From Eledone cirrhosa (Eukaryota), in NCBI GenBank assembly GCA_964016885.1, contig OZ024743.1:102300001-102364000 (forward strand): DNA of 64,000 bases, read 5' to 3'. Shown one piece after another: positions 26,700 to 39,689 of the stretch. The notes under the pieces are model-generated. The model searched no databases. It saw only the letters and a list, made by a program, of their open reading frames with translations, and had not been told where the DNA came from. The position numbers and the translations under genes were made by a program. Each line of letters begins with the position of its first letter. The stretch's first letter is position 1.

Positions 26700-28779
26700 C
26701 GCTTGAGAGTGGGGGGATGTGGACGACGTTTCGGGCTTAAGCCCTACATCAGGAGAAAAGTGGACAGGAAGAGAGTTCCGAGGATGTGTGTGGGAGTGTG
26801 GGAAACACATTAAAAAAAATTAGTTTAAAAAGGGGGGGGGCGAGAAACGGGAGGAAAAGGATGTGTTTGGAGAGAAAAAAAAAATTAAAAGAAACAAGTG
26901 GTGAAAGGGTGTGAGGCGTGTACGGGTGGTGGTGGGTGGAGGTGGGATGGAGAGGGGAGAGGGAGATGGGAGGTCTGAGTGGGGAGGTCTGAAGGTGGTG
27001 TGTGTGTATATGTGTAGGTGTACGTGTGTGTGTATGTGTGTGGATGTAAATGTGAGAGTTGGGCGAAAAAACGACGTTCCATGTTCAGGTAATAGGGAAA
27101 CCGGTGTGTACATGCGGTGGGGTGTGAGTCGGTGTGTGTGCGTGTGGATGTAGAGGCGTCACAGGGGGTGGGGAGAGGGGGCGTGTGGAATCCGGGGGCT
27201 GAGTGTGTGTATGTGTTTATATGTGGTGTGGGTGTTTGGTGGCGTGGTGCGAAAATAGTGTAAGTCTTTGTGTGTGGGTGTGTTGCTGGGGTTTTTCCGC
27301 GGATTGTGTGATCAGATGTTGGAGATTCTGGTTGTTGCAGGGTGGATGGCCGGAGCCATGGAGCAGTGGTTTAAATCCTGGTATAGTACTAAGGAAGTGG
27401 AGAGTTGTGGGGTGCGCGCGCAACAGGAAGTGGTAAGAGGGTCAAGGCAGGGCGAAGGTGGTGGGAGGAAGGCGGTGGCAGTAGGGAGATGTCAGCGGCA
27501 GTAGTGTGGAGGCTGACAAGTATAGAAAGGTCTGTATGTGTGTGCGGTGGACAAGGGAGGGAATGGGTAGGTGTGAAAAGTGGAGGGAGAGGGTGGCGAT
27601 GTGGGGGTTGGTGTGTATATTAGTGGAGGTGTTATGGGAGTAGGGGGTGTTGGTAGAGCGGGCAGAGAGAGAGGGGAGACAAAAGGTGTTGGGGACATTA
27701 GGAGGGGGTGTAGTGTACAGGTGTGTGTGTGTGCGTGGAAGGTCGAATGCTAAAATAAGAGGGGTCGGGAGTTCAGGCCGGGGGGTGTGGGTCTGTAGGG
27801 TGAAGATGGTGTGTTGCTCGACCGTCAGGTGGGTGACGGGGGTCCCATGGCATTGGATCAGGCCGCAGACTGAGGTGATGGGCGGAATGTCCAGGGGTAC
27901 CAAAGTGGTGGGTGAAGGGGGAACTCCCGCCGAGACGGATATCTCAGAGGTGCTCCGTGAAGCGATTCACCAGACGACGTCCTGTCTGTCCGACATAGGT
28001 TGCGCTGCACTCCGTGGAGCGAAGTCCATAGACGAGGTTGGAGGAGGTGTAGCGGAAGGCATGCCGGACAGAGAGAGAGTGGCCGTTGGGACCCTGGAAG
28101 GCGGTGGAGTTGGTGATGTGGGGGCAGGTAGAGCAGCGAGGTCTGGAGCAGGGAAGGTAACCGAAGAAAGGGGTTGGGGGATAGGGAGCTGTGGACGAGG
28201 AGGGAGCGGAGATTACGCGCGCGTTTAAAGGATAGATGGGAAGATGGGGGGGTGGAGGCGTGGGAAGAGGCGGAGGATGGTGCGGTGGAGGGGTAGGGTG
28301 GAGAGGTGGTAGGTGAGGGGGAAGGGGAGATGGTAGGTGTGGCTATGTGGTCATGGGGTGAGGGCGGTGGAGCGGTGGACAGCACGGGCGCGATAGAGGG
28401 CGTTGTGGACGAGGGAGGGGGGTAACCTTTCTGGATGAAATGGCTGACTAGAGAAAGGGTGTGGGACTCGAGGTCAGTATCACAGCTGCAGAGGCGGCGG
28501 ATCCGGAGGATTTGGGAGTAGGGAATGGAGTGTTTGGTGTGTGTGGGGTGGGATGAGGTGAAGTCGAGGTAGGAGTGGGAGTCGGGGTGTTTGAAGAAGG
28601 CGGAGGTGATGAGAGAGCGGTGGGAGGGGTCGATGGCGATGGAGATTTCCAAGAAGTGGACGTGGGTGGTGGAGATAGAGGTGGTGAAGTGGAGGGAGGG
28701 GTGGAAGGAGTAGAAGAAGGAGAGAAAGGAGTTGAGCTGTTCTCGGGTGAGGGACGTCGCTCCTATGCAGTCGTCGATG

Positions 28780-28781
<2 letters not shown>
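26700..28781 (-). mobile_element. 5'-truncated GC-rich Penelope-like retroelement
   Basis: Minus strand: YIDDC at 28767-28781, SHSYLDFTSSHPTHTKHSIPYSQILRIRRLCS, GIY-YIG remnant NLVYGLRSTECSATYVGQTGRRLVNRFTEHL; hammerhead core near the 3' end. Confidence 0.9.
26722..26753 (-). ncRNA. Degenerate hammerhead core at PLE 3' end
   Basis: CUGAUG(U)A GGGC-uuaa-GCCC GAAA CGUC; stem I no longer pairs. Confidence 0.55.
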
Positions 28782-28830
<49 letters not shown>

Positions 28831-28837
<7 letters not shown>

Positions 28838-30124
28838 TAAAATAACAGATTAAAGTTTAAGCAAAGAATCGCTGGTTTCACCCTTCACGGGATATTCTGA
28901 AACTAACAAAGTCAATCTGTAAACGCAGAAGTGGATATTTCAAAAAACGTTGCAACCGGAGGAAGACAGGAAGATGATACTTTGGTTCGTGGAAACGTTC
29001 CCTGGCAAAGAACGGGAAAAAACGAATATAATACGTCATAAATAGGAGCAGTGAAAAACAATTACGCGCAAAGACAGAACCACGTTTATGGTGTAGAAGA
29101 GGTCGTAGACAGGTAAGTATATATTACCTGTATGTTTTGTGAAGGTACGTATACCTTCTGGTACGTATATTTGATTGTATATGTTATGGCGTATAATTTT
29201 ATATATTCTGGTACATTTGGTTTGGGTATGTGTATACGGGAGTTCTGCGTGTGTGTGAGTATGCAGGTTCGTACGTATGTAGGGTGTGTGTATATGTGTA
29301 CTTCATGTTTTGGTTGACTTACGTCTTCGAACATTTGTGTATTTACATGTAGGTATGTGTGTGCGCTTGTTATATACGTATTTATTTATATACGTTAATT
29401 TAATTATTTATTTATTTGTATACACGCATACACACACACACATATTTATATGTGCGTAGTTTTGTATACCTATGGTAGGTGTTTTCGCGTATTCTTGTGT
29501 ATGTACGTATTTGTATGCGTGTATGTATTTATTTAATTTCTATTACCTCTGTATTGTATTTATTTACTTTGTTCTTAACTCTAAAGCGGATATTCATTCG
29601 GTCTCCTAGTTAGAATTTTAGTCTACGACTTCTGCTATACCATTTACGTGGTTTTGTCTTTGCGTGAAATTGTTCTCCACGCTCCACATATGACGTACTA
29701 TCTTCGTTTTTTTCGTTCATTGCCAGAGAACGTCTCTATGAACCACCTAAGAGAACATTAGTCTACCACCTCTTCTATACCATAAACGTGGTTCTGTCTT
29801 TGCGCGTAATTGTTTTTCACTGCTCCTATTTATGACGTATTATATTCGTTTTTTCCCGTTTTTCGCCAGTGAACGTTTCCACGAACCAAAGTATCGTCTT
29901 CCTGTCTTCCTCCGGTTGCAACGTTTTTTGAAATATCCACTTCTGCGTTTACAGATTGACTTTGTTAGTTTCAGAAGACCCCGTTAAGGGTGAAAGCAGC
30001 GATTATTTGCTTAAATTTTAATCTGTTATTTTAATAAATATTTGCTCTACGGTTCTTATATATTTGATATAAATTTATCCTTATCGAGCCCTCTTTGGAT
30101 TTTAGTCTTCAAATTTATTATTAT

Positions 30125-30128
<4 letters not shown>
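28831..30128. mobile_element. Non-coding element with ~280-bp inverted repeats (28831-29110 / 29761-30040) plus a diverged partial direct copy (29621-29745); PLE pLTR-like
   Basis: Arms are reverse complements with few mismatches; each has a decayed hammerhead-like motif CAGAAGA CCC...GGG U GAAA; flanked by TA repeats. Confidence 0.75.
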
Positions 30129-30200
<72 letters not shown>

Positions 30201-30211
30201 TGTATATATAA

Positions 30212-30244
<33 letters not shown>

Positions 30245-30379
30245 CATATACATATGTACGTCTGGATTGTATCGAACATTAATAATAAAGTTCCATTCGT
30301 TTGTAAACGAACGGTCCGATTTAAAGCTGTGCCGTGCCGGTAACCGATCGTCATCTGTTTGTTCAACACTGATTTTTAG

Positions 30380-30428
30380 GAACAGTCAACATGTTTTAGG
30401 GTCATAACCCTTCATCAGAACTGTATAC
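30380..30428 (-). ncRNA. Degenerate type I hammerhead in a short non-coding insert (~30260-30450)
   Basis: ACAGUU CUGAUGA AGGGU-uaug-ACCCU AAAA CAUGUU GACUGU: stems I and II pair, palindromic stem III, GAAA mutated to AAAA. Confidence 0.65.
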
Positions 30429-30569
30429 CTCTGCCAGTCTGAAATTCTAATTTTCTTTTTAAAATAATAAAAATAATAATATATATATATATATATATAT
30501 AGTCCAGAAATTGCCGTCGAAACGGCTTGAGCTCTGCCGTCGGAGTCATACTTTTTCATATATATATAG

Positions 30570-33000
30570 AAATCACATGAATCAAAGTTCTGTTCAAACC
30601 ATTTATTAGCTTTCAATTGTTTCGTCCAAACCGAGGTTTGGAGTCTTCGGAGCAACTTTTCAATGATTGTTTACATACATGACCTCCTTTCCAACATAAG
30701 AGACATACAGAACATACAGAAACATATGTATATATTGATGCACAGTGGGGGTGACATCCATTATAATATTTTTGCATGGCATTTTAAATTCAAAAATTAA
30801 AATCATATTAAAACAAAATTAAAGTTAAAATACAACATCGGCAGTTTACGAAGATAATGCAAGAGGATAGTTTGTTAGTCATTAGATGTAGTTAGTGCAT
30901 GCACTAGTTACACGTGGGGTGTGCACGTGTGTCTTATTTATATAAGATTATTGTGCCGCAAGGTGTGATATGCAATACAAGCACTTTAAGCGGGTAATCA
31001 AGAGTATTATGGGGGTTGTATTGGTAAAGTATTTTTTATGTATGATAAAGAAGCTTGTGTGCAGAGAAATATTATAAATGAGCAAAATAATGTTATGGTT
31101 TTTGAATACACCACCATTTTCACAATCCAGGAAACGTAATATATAGATTATATGTCCTTCACATAATTAACGATGATTCAGTATTGGATGTTTGATGTAT
31201 TAAGTTAGATTATTACAGCTTGTTGCGGCTTAGTGTTCTTTAATCCAATTCTATAGAGCAGGTTGTTTTTGTTGCGAGAATTTACATTGTTTTATTTTCC
31301 GGAAGTATGTGTGTGACTAAGGGGAGCTAATGCGTTAGGAGAGGTAACTAGCTGATTTCTATAACTAAATTTATTATTCCAATGTACATTAAAAGGTGTC
31401 TCAATTGAGTCACTTATATATATGATTATATACAGTTTCCAAATATAAGTATCCTATCTTTAAATTACAGTCTACTCTATCAAGAAGTACTAAAGGTATC
31501 TATATTAAGATGATTACTCCCTATCATAGAGTGCTACAACTGAATATTCCATATGAAGAGTGGAGATCTCCATATCAATGATCTTTGTAAATGTAGTCTA
31601 CTCACAGAACCTGACAGGGTCTTATTAGAACCACGTCTATATATAACCCTGGTAAGCTCTGGGTCAGCACATGACTGATTGCATGGCAAAGTTAAATATC
31701 TCTATGGTAGACCAAAGAACAATTCTCACTTACAATGTCATTAATCTGTCTATCAAGTTATACATGTATGTATAACTCATATACCAGTTGTACATAATTC
31801 ATTGTACTCAACATATAGGTTATATAGCTCTTTTATGTTAATAAATTAATCTTCTATTTATCTAATGATAGTACTCCATACATATAACAACATTTGCACA
31901 AATAATTCAGTGTTTAAAGTTTACATATAATTATATAGTGATATAATGTAGTCTAAGTAATTGAAGGAAATTATACTGGGGATATTTCTAGGGTAAAAGG
32001 TTTTAGATAGATGTCACGAATTGTGTTAAGATAGGGTGGATCATTGAGTGTGGAGTTGTGGTATAAGGTGTGCCCTTGAGGTGTGTTGCTATAAGTGGTG
32101 GTGGGTTCAAGTCTGACATTGCTATATATTGGGTTTAAAGTTTTGGAAGGAGTGTCGGAAGCGGTGTTGGCATGACGCGAACACTTCTGATTTTTTATTA
32201 AGGAGGTTATGGTTTGAGAAGATAATAGTATGGGTCTCTAATAGACAGAGGTTACACAATTTATTAGGTGGTTTGTACGATGTCACCTTACCCATCACTT
32301 CCCATTTAAGTGTATAAGATCTATTTTTAGTTTTTAGATAGTGTATGTAGCTAGATAGAGAAGTGGAGTTGGCTAGACTGTGTGTTTTGAAAGAATGGAG
32401 GTGTGAATTGTATCTGGTTTTGAAGCAGTTAGAAGTAGAGCCTATATAGGTTTCAGAAGAGTTGCTAGTTGTGACGGTGCATGAGCATATGATATCCTTG
32501 ATTAAGCATTTTTTATCTAAAGAGCAGGTTCTATTAGATCTACAGTTACAATTATTCTGGATGTTAGCCTGCCGGTTATTATGTTGTGTAGAAGTCTGGA
32601 TGGTAGCTGTAGGATTATGGTTATGGAGGTTGTCGTTCCCAGCGTTATTGCTTACACTAGTGCTATTACTATTATTACTATTGTTATCAGGATTAGTTGA
32701 TATAATGTTATTTTGAAGGTTTACCCCCTGTTGTGATTTAGTTTGTTGGAAGTAAGAATTAATTTTTCTTTTATTGCTACTAGCTATGTGGTATGCTATG
32801 TTAGGCGTAGTAGAGTAGGAGATTTTAATTGTTTTTTTTATTTAAAAGGCTATGGTACTTGTGGCCAGATGGGAAGTTTTTATCTGGGAGTGAGAAGAAA
32901 GCCTTAGGTAGGTTGGTAGAGACGTTTAGATTGAAAGGAGGGTTGAAAAATGTATTATTTCTTCTTCTATTTTTGTTTTTTATGTCTGGTGAGTTGATTC
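30570..33000 (-). mobile_element. 5'-truncated Penelope-like element (same type as 47775-50700) with a long 3' region
   Basis: Minus strand: NRRRNNTFFNPPFNLNVSTN...KISYSTTPNI...NNCNCRSNRTCSLDKKCLIKDIICSCTV...TYIGSTSNCFKTRYNSH; decayed hammerhead (CCGAAGA C UCCAAAC-cucg-GUUUGGA C GAAA CAAUUG) at ~30612-30652. Confidence 0.87.
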
Positions 33001-33650
33001 GCATATTAGCAGGTCCACTGATCAGCCAGATTTGTATATCAGCAGACTGGCCAGTCAGTTTCCTCTATACGAGCGATAAATGGGCGGTTTTGCCAAATTC
33101 AAATAAAAAAGAAAATTTCGCTCTAATGGGTGAATACAATAAATGTAATCTGAGTTTTTCAAATATTAGTAATAACATTCGATTCGTTTGCAGTTGTGCA
33201 ATTTTATAGCCATGTCAGTAGAATGAGCACTTCAATCTTACACTTGTGTTGGCATGCGAACTGAACTGCAGACACTAATGATATACAAATCTGGCTGACC
33301 AGTGGATCCGCTAATATGCAGATCTCACAGATCAGCCAGTCTGCTAATATGCAAATCAGGCCGATCAGTCACTGTGTATTTTTAAATATAGCATATATTT
33401 TCACTAGCTCTGACAGTTTGGCAGGTGAAGAGTGAGCTGTACTGATGAAGGGTGATACCTAGAAACATTAGTGTCTGCAGTTCTGTTTGCATGCCAGCAC
33501 AAGAGCAAAAATGAAGTGTTCATTCTACTGACATGGGCATACAATTGAGGTTTGTTTGCATAATTGCAAACGAATCGAATGTTATTACTAATATTCGAAA
33601 AATTCAGATTACATTTATTGTATTCAGCCATGTAAAGCTAAATTTTCTTA
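33001..33650 (+). mobile_element. Non-coding hammerhead-bearing element (retrozyme-like), locus 1, with an inverted 5' segment 33001-33280
   Basis: 33281-33650 and the reverse complement of 33001-33280 are overlapping permutations of one unit; homologous to 62345-62965. Confidence 0.8.
33434..33483 (+). ncRNA. Type I hammerhead ribozyme with intact catalytic core; predicted cleavage after C33475
   Basis: GAGCUGUA CUGAUGA A GGGU-gau-ACCU A GAAA CA-uuag-UG UC UGCAGUUC: 8-bp stem I, 4-bp stem II (A.A at its base), short stem III, GUC site. Confidence 0.82.
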
Positions 33651-33875
33651 TATATATATATATATATATATATAAACATATGCGTATATATATATGTATG
33701 TATACATATATCTATATATCTATGTCTATCTATCTTTCTATCTATCTATCTCTCTCTATATATATACGTCAAGGATTTCCATGGAAATCTGATGAACGAC
33801 TTCAGACGCCGCTGTTAGAATCGTCTGACTTCCTGAAACCTTGGGTAATGGAATAATTATTAAATGTTTGTTACA

Positions 33876-33938
<63 letters not shown>

Positions 33939-34690
33939 TACATGTGTATATTTATACACCTTGGTGCAGTCTTTTTTACACACTGTATTTTTATACAGAT
34001 ATATTTTTATCTTACACATCGGTTGCTTGCGCAATTCCAATGCGTGACTGGAACTTTATTTTATCGACCCCGTAAGGATGAAAGGCAAAGTTCACCTCAA
34101 CGGGATTTGAACTTAGATTATAAAGAGCCGTAACTCTATGCTGCAAAGCATGGCGTCCGACCCTCTACCAATACTGCCAAACCACCGCCCTTATAAATTG
34201 AAAAATAAGGATATTTAATTGATATTGGGATCTAATTGGACCTTCTCCGGCAGACGGAAGAGCATCCAATCAACACCACATCACTTTTAGTATCATTCGG
34301 AAATGGACATACTAATTTACATTAGTGTTCATTTTGGTAATTAATTAAGAAATATATTGGGATGATTATTACATATTTATCATGGTTTAAATTTATTTGG
34401 GATTTCGTATTTTCTCGTATGTTTACATGCCTACATATTAGAGGTGTATGTATATTTATAGAAGCACGTTGGGGGCAGCCTGAGCCACACAAGCTGTATT
34501 TATACAACTATAGATATATCATAAACTTCTACTGCTAGCACACTTCAGAAAATATACCTTAATTAATTACCAACGGTAGCACTAATTATGTGCAAATTAG
34601 TACTGCCATTTCACAATGATATTAAGAGAGAATGGGTATATATACCAATCAAATACATGCTTCCTCGTGGTTGATTGGCTGATATACACT

Positions 34691-34722
34691 TCTGATGAGG
34701 GTCCAATTAGAGCCGAAAATCC
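34691..34722 (+). ncRNA. Decayed hammerhead-like core in a PLE-like 3' remnant
   Basis: CUGAUGA GGGU-ccaauuag-AGCC GAAA AUC. Confidence 0.4.
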
Positions 34723-34817
34723 ACTTTACATAACTACATATTAGATATATTCTGTATTTATACACATATAATTTTAATACATATACACATATATATTTAT
34801 TCGTATGTATATGTATT

Positions 34818-34851
<34 letters not shown>

Positions 34852-34852
34852 A

Positions 34853-34993
34853 CAAAGGAATTGTGGTAAGGAACCAGATGGACCATAACGCACCAGAGTA
34901 GTCAATACTTGGGGTAGTAGAGTGGGAAATAGAAAAAAGTATGACCCCGAACGGCAGCAGAGCTCAAGCCGTTTCGACGGCTCTTCTGGACTC
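34853..34993 (-). mobile_element. ~140-bp non-autonomous element in TA repeats; relatives at 30501-30557, 36697-36860, 47518-47644
   Basis: Shared GGTAAGGAACCAG(A/G)TGGACCATAACGCACCAGAGTA block and/or GTCGAAA(C/G)GG...GCTC(T/A)GCCGTC block; every copy abuts TA/TG microsatellite. Confidence 0.8.
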
Positions 34994-35034
34994 AACATAT
35001 ATATGTATATATACGTATTTATATATATATATAC

Positions 35035-35101
<67 letters not shown>

Positions 35102-35769
35102 TGTGTGTGTGTGTATGTGTGTGTGTATGTGTGTGTGTGTGCGCATGTGTGTAGTTACATATATTTGTGTATGTATTTGTGTGGAAAAGTAATTTTACAG
35201 AAGAGAACTGCTAAAAGGCAATATAAAATGTTTATTTAATTTCAATGCTACCATTGAAAAAAGTTCTAATTACATATATAAAGATAAACTACATACATGT
35301 GAAAGCATGAATGTATGTTTGTGTGTTTGGTATTTTGTTATTTTTCTTTGGCTGCAGACAATGCTGTTTGAAAATCAATCATCCCTTTGAAATATTGATT
35401 TTTCACTCTAAAGAATATAACATAAGAATGGTCAGATTGAAGGAATGTATTAATGCATATTGATAGCATTATTATTTACTACTTAGGCGGTGGATTGGCA
35501 GTATTGGTAGAGGGTCGGTCGCCATGCATTATAGCACAGTTACATCCCTTTACGGACTGAGTTCAAATCCCGCCGAGGTTAACTTCGCCTTTCATCCTTA
35601 CGGGGTCGATAAATAAAGTACCAGTAATACACTGGGATAATTGCTGGCCTTGTGCCAAAAGTAGAAACAATTATCATTTACTACTTAATTATACTTCAAT
35701 CGTCAACAACAAATATATCTCATTCAACTATTTCTCCAGAATTACTAAAAATGTTATTGTTGTCTTTGA

Positions 35770-36460
35770 AGTTGGAGTTGCAAGGCTGACGGGGTGCCTA
35801 GATATTAAAGGGGGCGCTCAAAACTCCACATGTTTCCGTTAGTTTTGCGACGATGTTATCACGTTTTTAAAAACTGCCAAGTCGTGCCGGGGTGAGCGTG
35901 AGACTTCAAGCTTGCTTCTGCTAGTTAAAGTTGTTTGCTAAGTTGAAACCTGCGTTCGAAGACAGGGCATAGGTACTAAATTGGCTTGTCGGTGTAGGAA
36001 CTACTCAACAAGTGTACGGGTCTGAAATTCTTCGCGGGATAGTCTGAAGGGTATAACCTGAAGACCTCTACTGTGGAGTGTGTTCACGGCTTTGAACAGC
36101 GGAACATGGAGTTATGGTGGAAATGTAAGTGGAGTGCAAGGCATTTATTGTGGGAAATAGATTTCAAGAAGAGACGCTTGAGGTGTAACGTGGATGGAGA
36201 ATGGTCTATGTAAGAGGCAAAATGCAAACAAATGAGGGCAAGAGAAAGGCCGAGGGAGATCTTGGTCAGGTGAGTGGATAGTAGCACGCAGGAGAAGACG
36301 TAACATGTGAGTGTAGGTGATGTAGTAGAGTAGAGAGTATGAGATGGCTTGGAAGTTGAAACAAAAACCGCGTGGTGAGGGCTGGTAATGGAGGAAAGAG
36401 CTAAGGAGAGAGATGTGACTGGTATAACGTTTTTTTTAAGAAGATCAAGGAAAGTTTTAA
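35770..36460 (-). mobile_element. Possible decayed 5' part of a Penelope-like element
   Basis: Peptide remnants HNKCLALHLHF and LQVIPFRL resemble PLE N-terminal HLxFLxxC...IPxGL; weak. Confidence 0.3.
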
Positions 36461-36634
36461 ATATCATTAGAGGCTGCTAGAATAGTTGGTAATAGTTTGA
36501 TGCGGAAATACAGACTGTAGTGAAAATATATGTTTATGTATGTATATTTGTATGCATATAAGTAATATCTACATAAAGAAACACACACACGCACACACGC
36601 ACACACACACACATACACACACACATACCCCCCC

Positions 36635-36699
<65 letters not shown>

Positions 36700-36857
36700 A
36701 AGGAATTGGTAAGGAACCAGGTGGACCATAACGCACCAGAGTACTCAATACTTTGTGTAGTAGAGTGGGTAATAAGAAGAGAGTCAGGACCCTGATGGCT
36801 GAGCAAAATAGTTGTCGAAAGGGCTGGAGCTCAGCCGTCGGGGTCCTGACTCTCTTC

Positions 36858-36946
<89 letters not shown>

Positions 36947-38603
36947 GACTTTCAATGAGATAGGTTTACTTTTAAGAATTAGTATTATTTTAATTCGGTC
37001 AGGTTTCTACATCTATCTATTGTGTTTGAATTTCTCAAGGCGGTTCAACGTGATTTGTGAGCCTCCCAAAGCCTTCATTGATTTCTATTACTTTTGCATG
37101 TCGTGGTCAAATATATTTTTTCTTGAAATAAAATAGATGCCAGATATATTTAATGTGATCAAAACAACATGTAATGTATTATTTGAAGTGACAAAGGGCT
37201 CAATGGATATATTTCATTCAATGACATCACTTTATTAAATCTAATAATTGTTTCTACTTTTGGCACAAGGCCAGCAAGTACCCCAGTACATTACTGGTGC
37301 TGTATTTTATCGGAAGAAAGGCAAAGCTAACCTAGGCTGTATTTGAATTCATAACGTAAAGGGTCATAACTCTATGCCGAAAAGCATGGTGTCTGACGCT
37401 CTACCGATACTGACAATCTAGTGGAAAATGAATTCGGAAAACTCTAATGGATGTATACGTTGGTAAAATACATATGTTGAGAAGTTCATCTATTTAGATT
37501 AGTCTATTTGCAGTGGAAAGCGGGAATTAGATATTTCGGTATTCTCCCTTCGTCCGAAAAAGGAGATACAAAAAGAGAGAAAAAAATAAGTGAGAAAAGC
37601 AGAAAGTAAAAGTTATATGTCCTTGTTTCTCCCTCTGACGAATTAAAGGTCCAGGAACATCTATGATCATACTGATTTTCTAACATGCTATATTTTAATT
37701 TATTCATGCGGTAGATTATTTTTCTAAGACGGAGGAGTAGAACTTTATATAATTTTATATAATGCCCGGCAACCTAATTAACAGCACCGTGACTTCTTTA
37801 GCTTTTCACGAAGAACATTTATAAGCATGTGTACATTTTACAAATTCTGAAAACATTAGTATGCCGTCCTACATTAACATTGAAATTCTTTAACCAAGTT
37901 CAGATACGATAAATTATTTTTCAAGCTTTCTTATATATTAATGAAAAATAGACAGCCCTTAGTCGACTTCAATTTAAAAGTGAACCGAATTGATGGTAGG
38001 ATAAATTTTTCATTATAAAGTTGTTCGGTGTTTATAGAAAATCGGTATAACATATTGATCTGCAAAAAGAAAATTCAAATTTTATATCTTACATATTTCA
38101 ACAGAGAAGAAGTAGCGTAGGAGGTCCTCTACCTCAGTGGAGTAACATCTCTGCAAAATGCCAAGTTTATTTTGTAGGAAATATCAACTAACAGCAGGAG
38201 CTATCAGGCAAATTTTAAATTTATAAACACAGAGCTTATTAGATTTCGAAAATAATATAAATTTTTGGATGGATATTTATCGTCAAACTGTAATTATGGC
38301 TCACACCAGGTGAGCAACACAGTTATCAATAAATTATACCAATAAACATTATATTGATATTCACCAGAGTTCGAAAATATGTAGAAGGGGATGTAAAAAT
38401 GGCGAACAGCAGGTGACTTTATCCCTGCGGTTAAGACACCGAGAAACACCGCCATAAAATAATACCGAATCGAATAATAAGCTATTTGCACACATACACA
38501 AACACGCAAATATATATATATACATATATAATTATATATATATATATGTATATATATATATAGTGCGTGTATGCGTAAGTATATATATATGTGTGTGTGT
38601 GTA

Positions 38604-38635
<32 letters not shown>

Positions 38636-39159
38636 TGTGTGTATGTGTGTGTGTATGTGTGTGTGTATGTGTGTGTGTGTGTGAGTGTGTGTGTGTGCGC
38701 GCGCGCGCGCGCGCGCGCGTAAGTATATATAAATATATATATATATAGGAAATAATTATACTGTAAAATTGTTTATCAGAACATTAATTACATAGTATTG
38801 GTAGAGAGTCGGACGCCATGCTTTCCAGCATAGTTACGTCCCTTTACGATCTGAGTTCAAATCCCGCCGAGGTTGACTTTGCCTTTCATCCTTACGGGGT
38901 CGATAAAATAAAGTACCAGTAATGCACTTGTTAATTGCTGGCCTTGTGCCAAAAGTAGAAACAATTAATTACGTTTTTTGATAAATGTACATGACCGAAC
39001 CCATTGCTCAGTATTATATCGAGAAACTTTGTCGATGTAGTGTTTCAGGAATCAATACGTAACTTCACATAATTGTACATTAGGATTCGGAGAAAAAATT
39101 AAAATGTTTCTGCAGAATGATGAGTAATAAATATATCCATCTAATCATCTCTCTCTCTT

Positions 39160-39246
<87 letters not shown>

Positions 39247-39689
39247 ACGGTTAGATGAACTGGCGGTATTGGTAGTTTCATTTGCTGTATTTATTCTGAG
39301 TTCAAATCCTGCTGAAGTTAGCTTTGCCTTTCATCTTTGCGGGTTCAATCACATAAAGTACCAGTAACCTATCGGGGTGGATCTAATCGACTTACCCCCC
39401 CCCCCCTCAAATTGCTGGCTTTGCGCCAAATATAGAAAATTATTTTTGAGTGGTGGAATAGCAGTATCGGTAGAGCGTCGCACAACATGCCTTGCAGCAT
39501 AGAGTTACTGCAGTTTACGTTCTATGTTCAAATGCAACCGGGGTTAGATTTGCCTTTCATCCTTATTTGATCGACCAATTAAATCACCAATAACGCACAG
39601 GGGTGTATTTTTTTCCACTTTTCCCTTCCCTGCAAAATGCTGGCCTTGTACAACGTAAAAACAATTATTACTATTATTGTCATTGCATT

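Noticed and set aside
26820-28228. Gly/Val/Pro-rich ORFs on both strands
   Set aside because: Alternative-frame readings of the GC-skewed PLE and its low-complexity 3' region
33786-33835. CTGATGAACGAC...GAATCGTC hammerhead candidate (similar case at ~59650)
   Set aside because: GAAA box and stems too degraded to support
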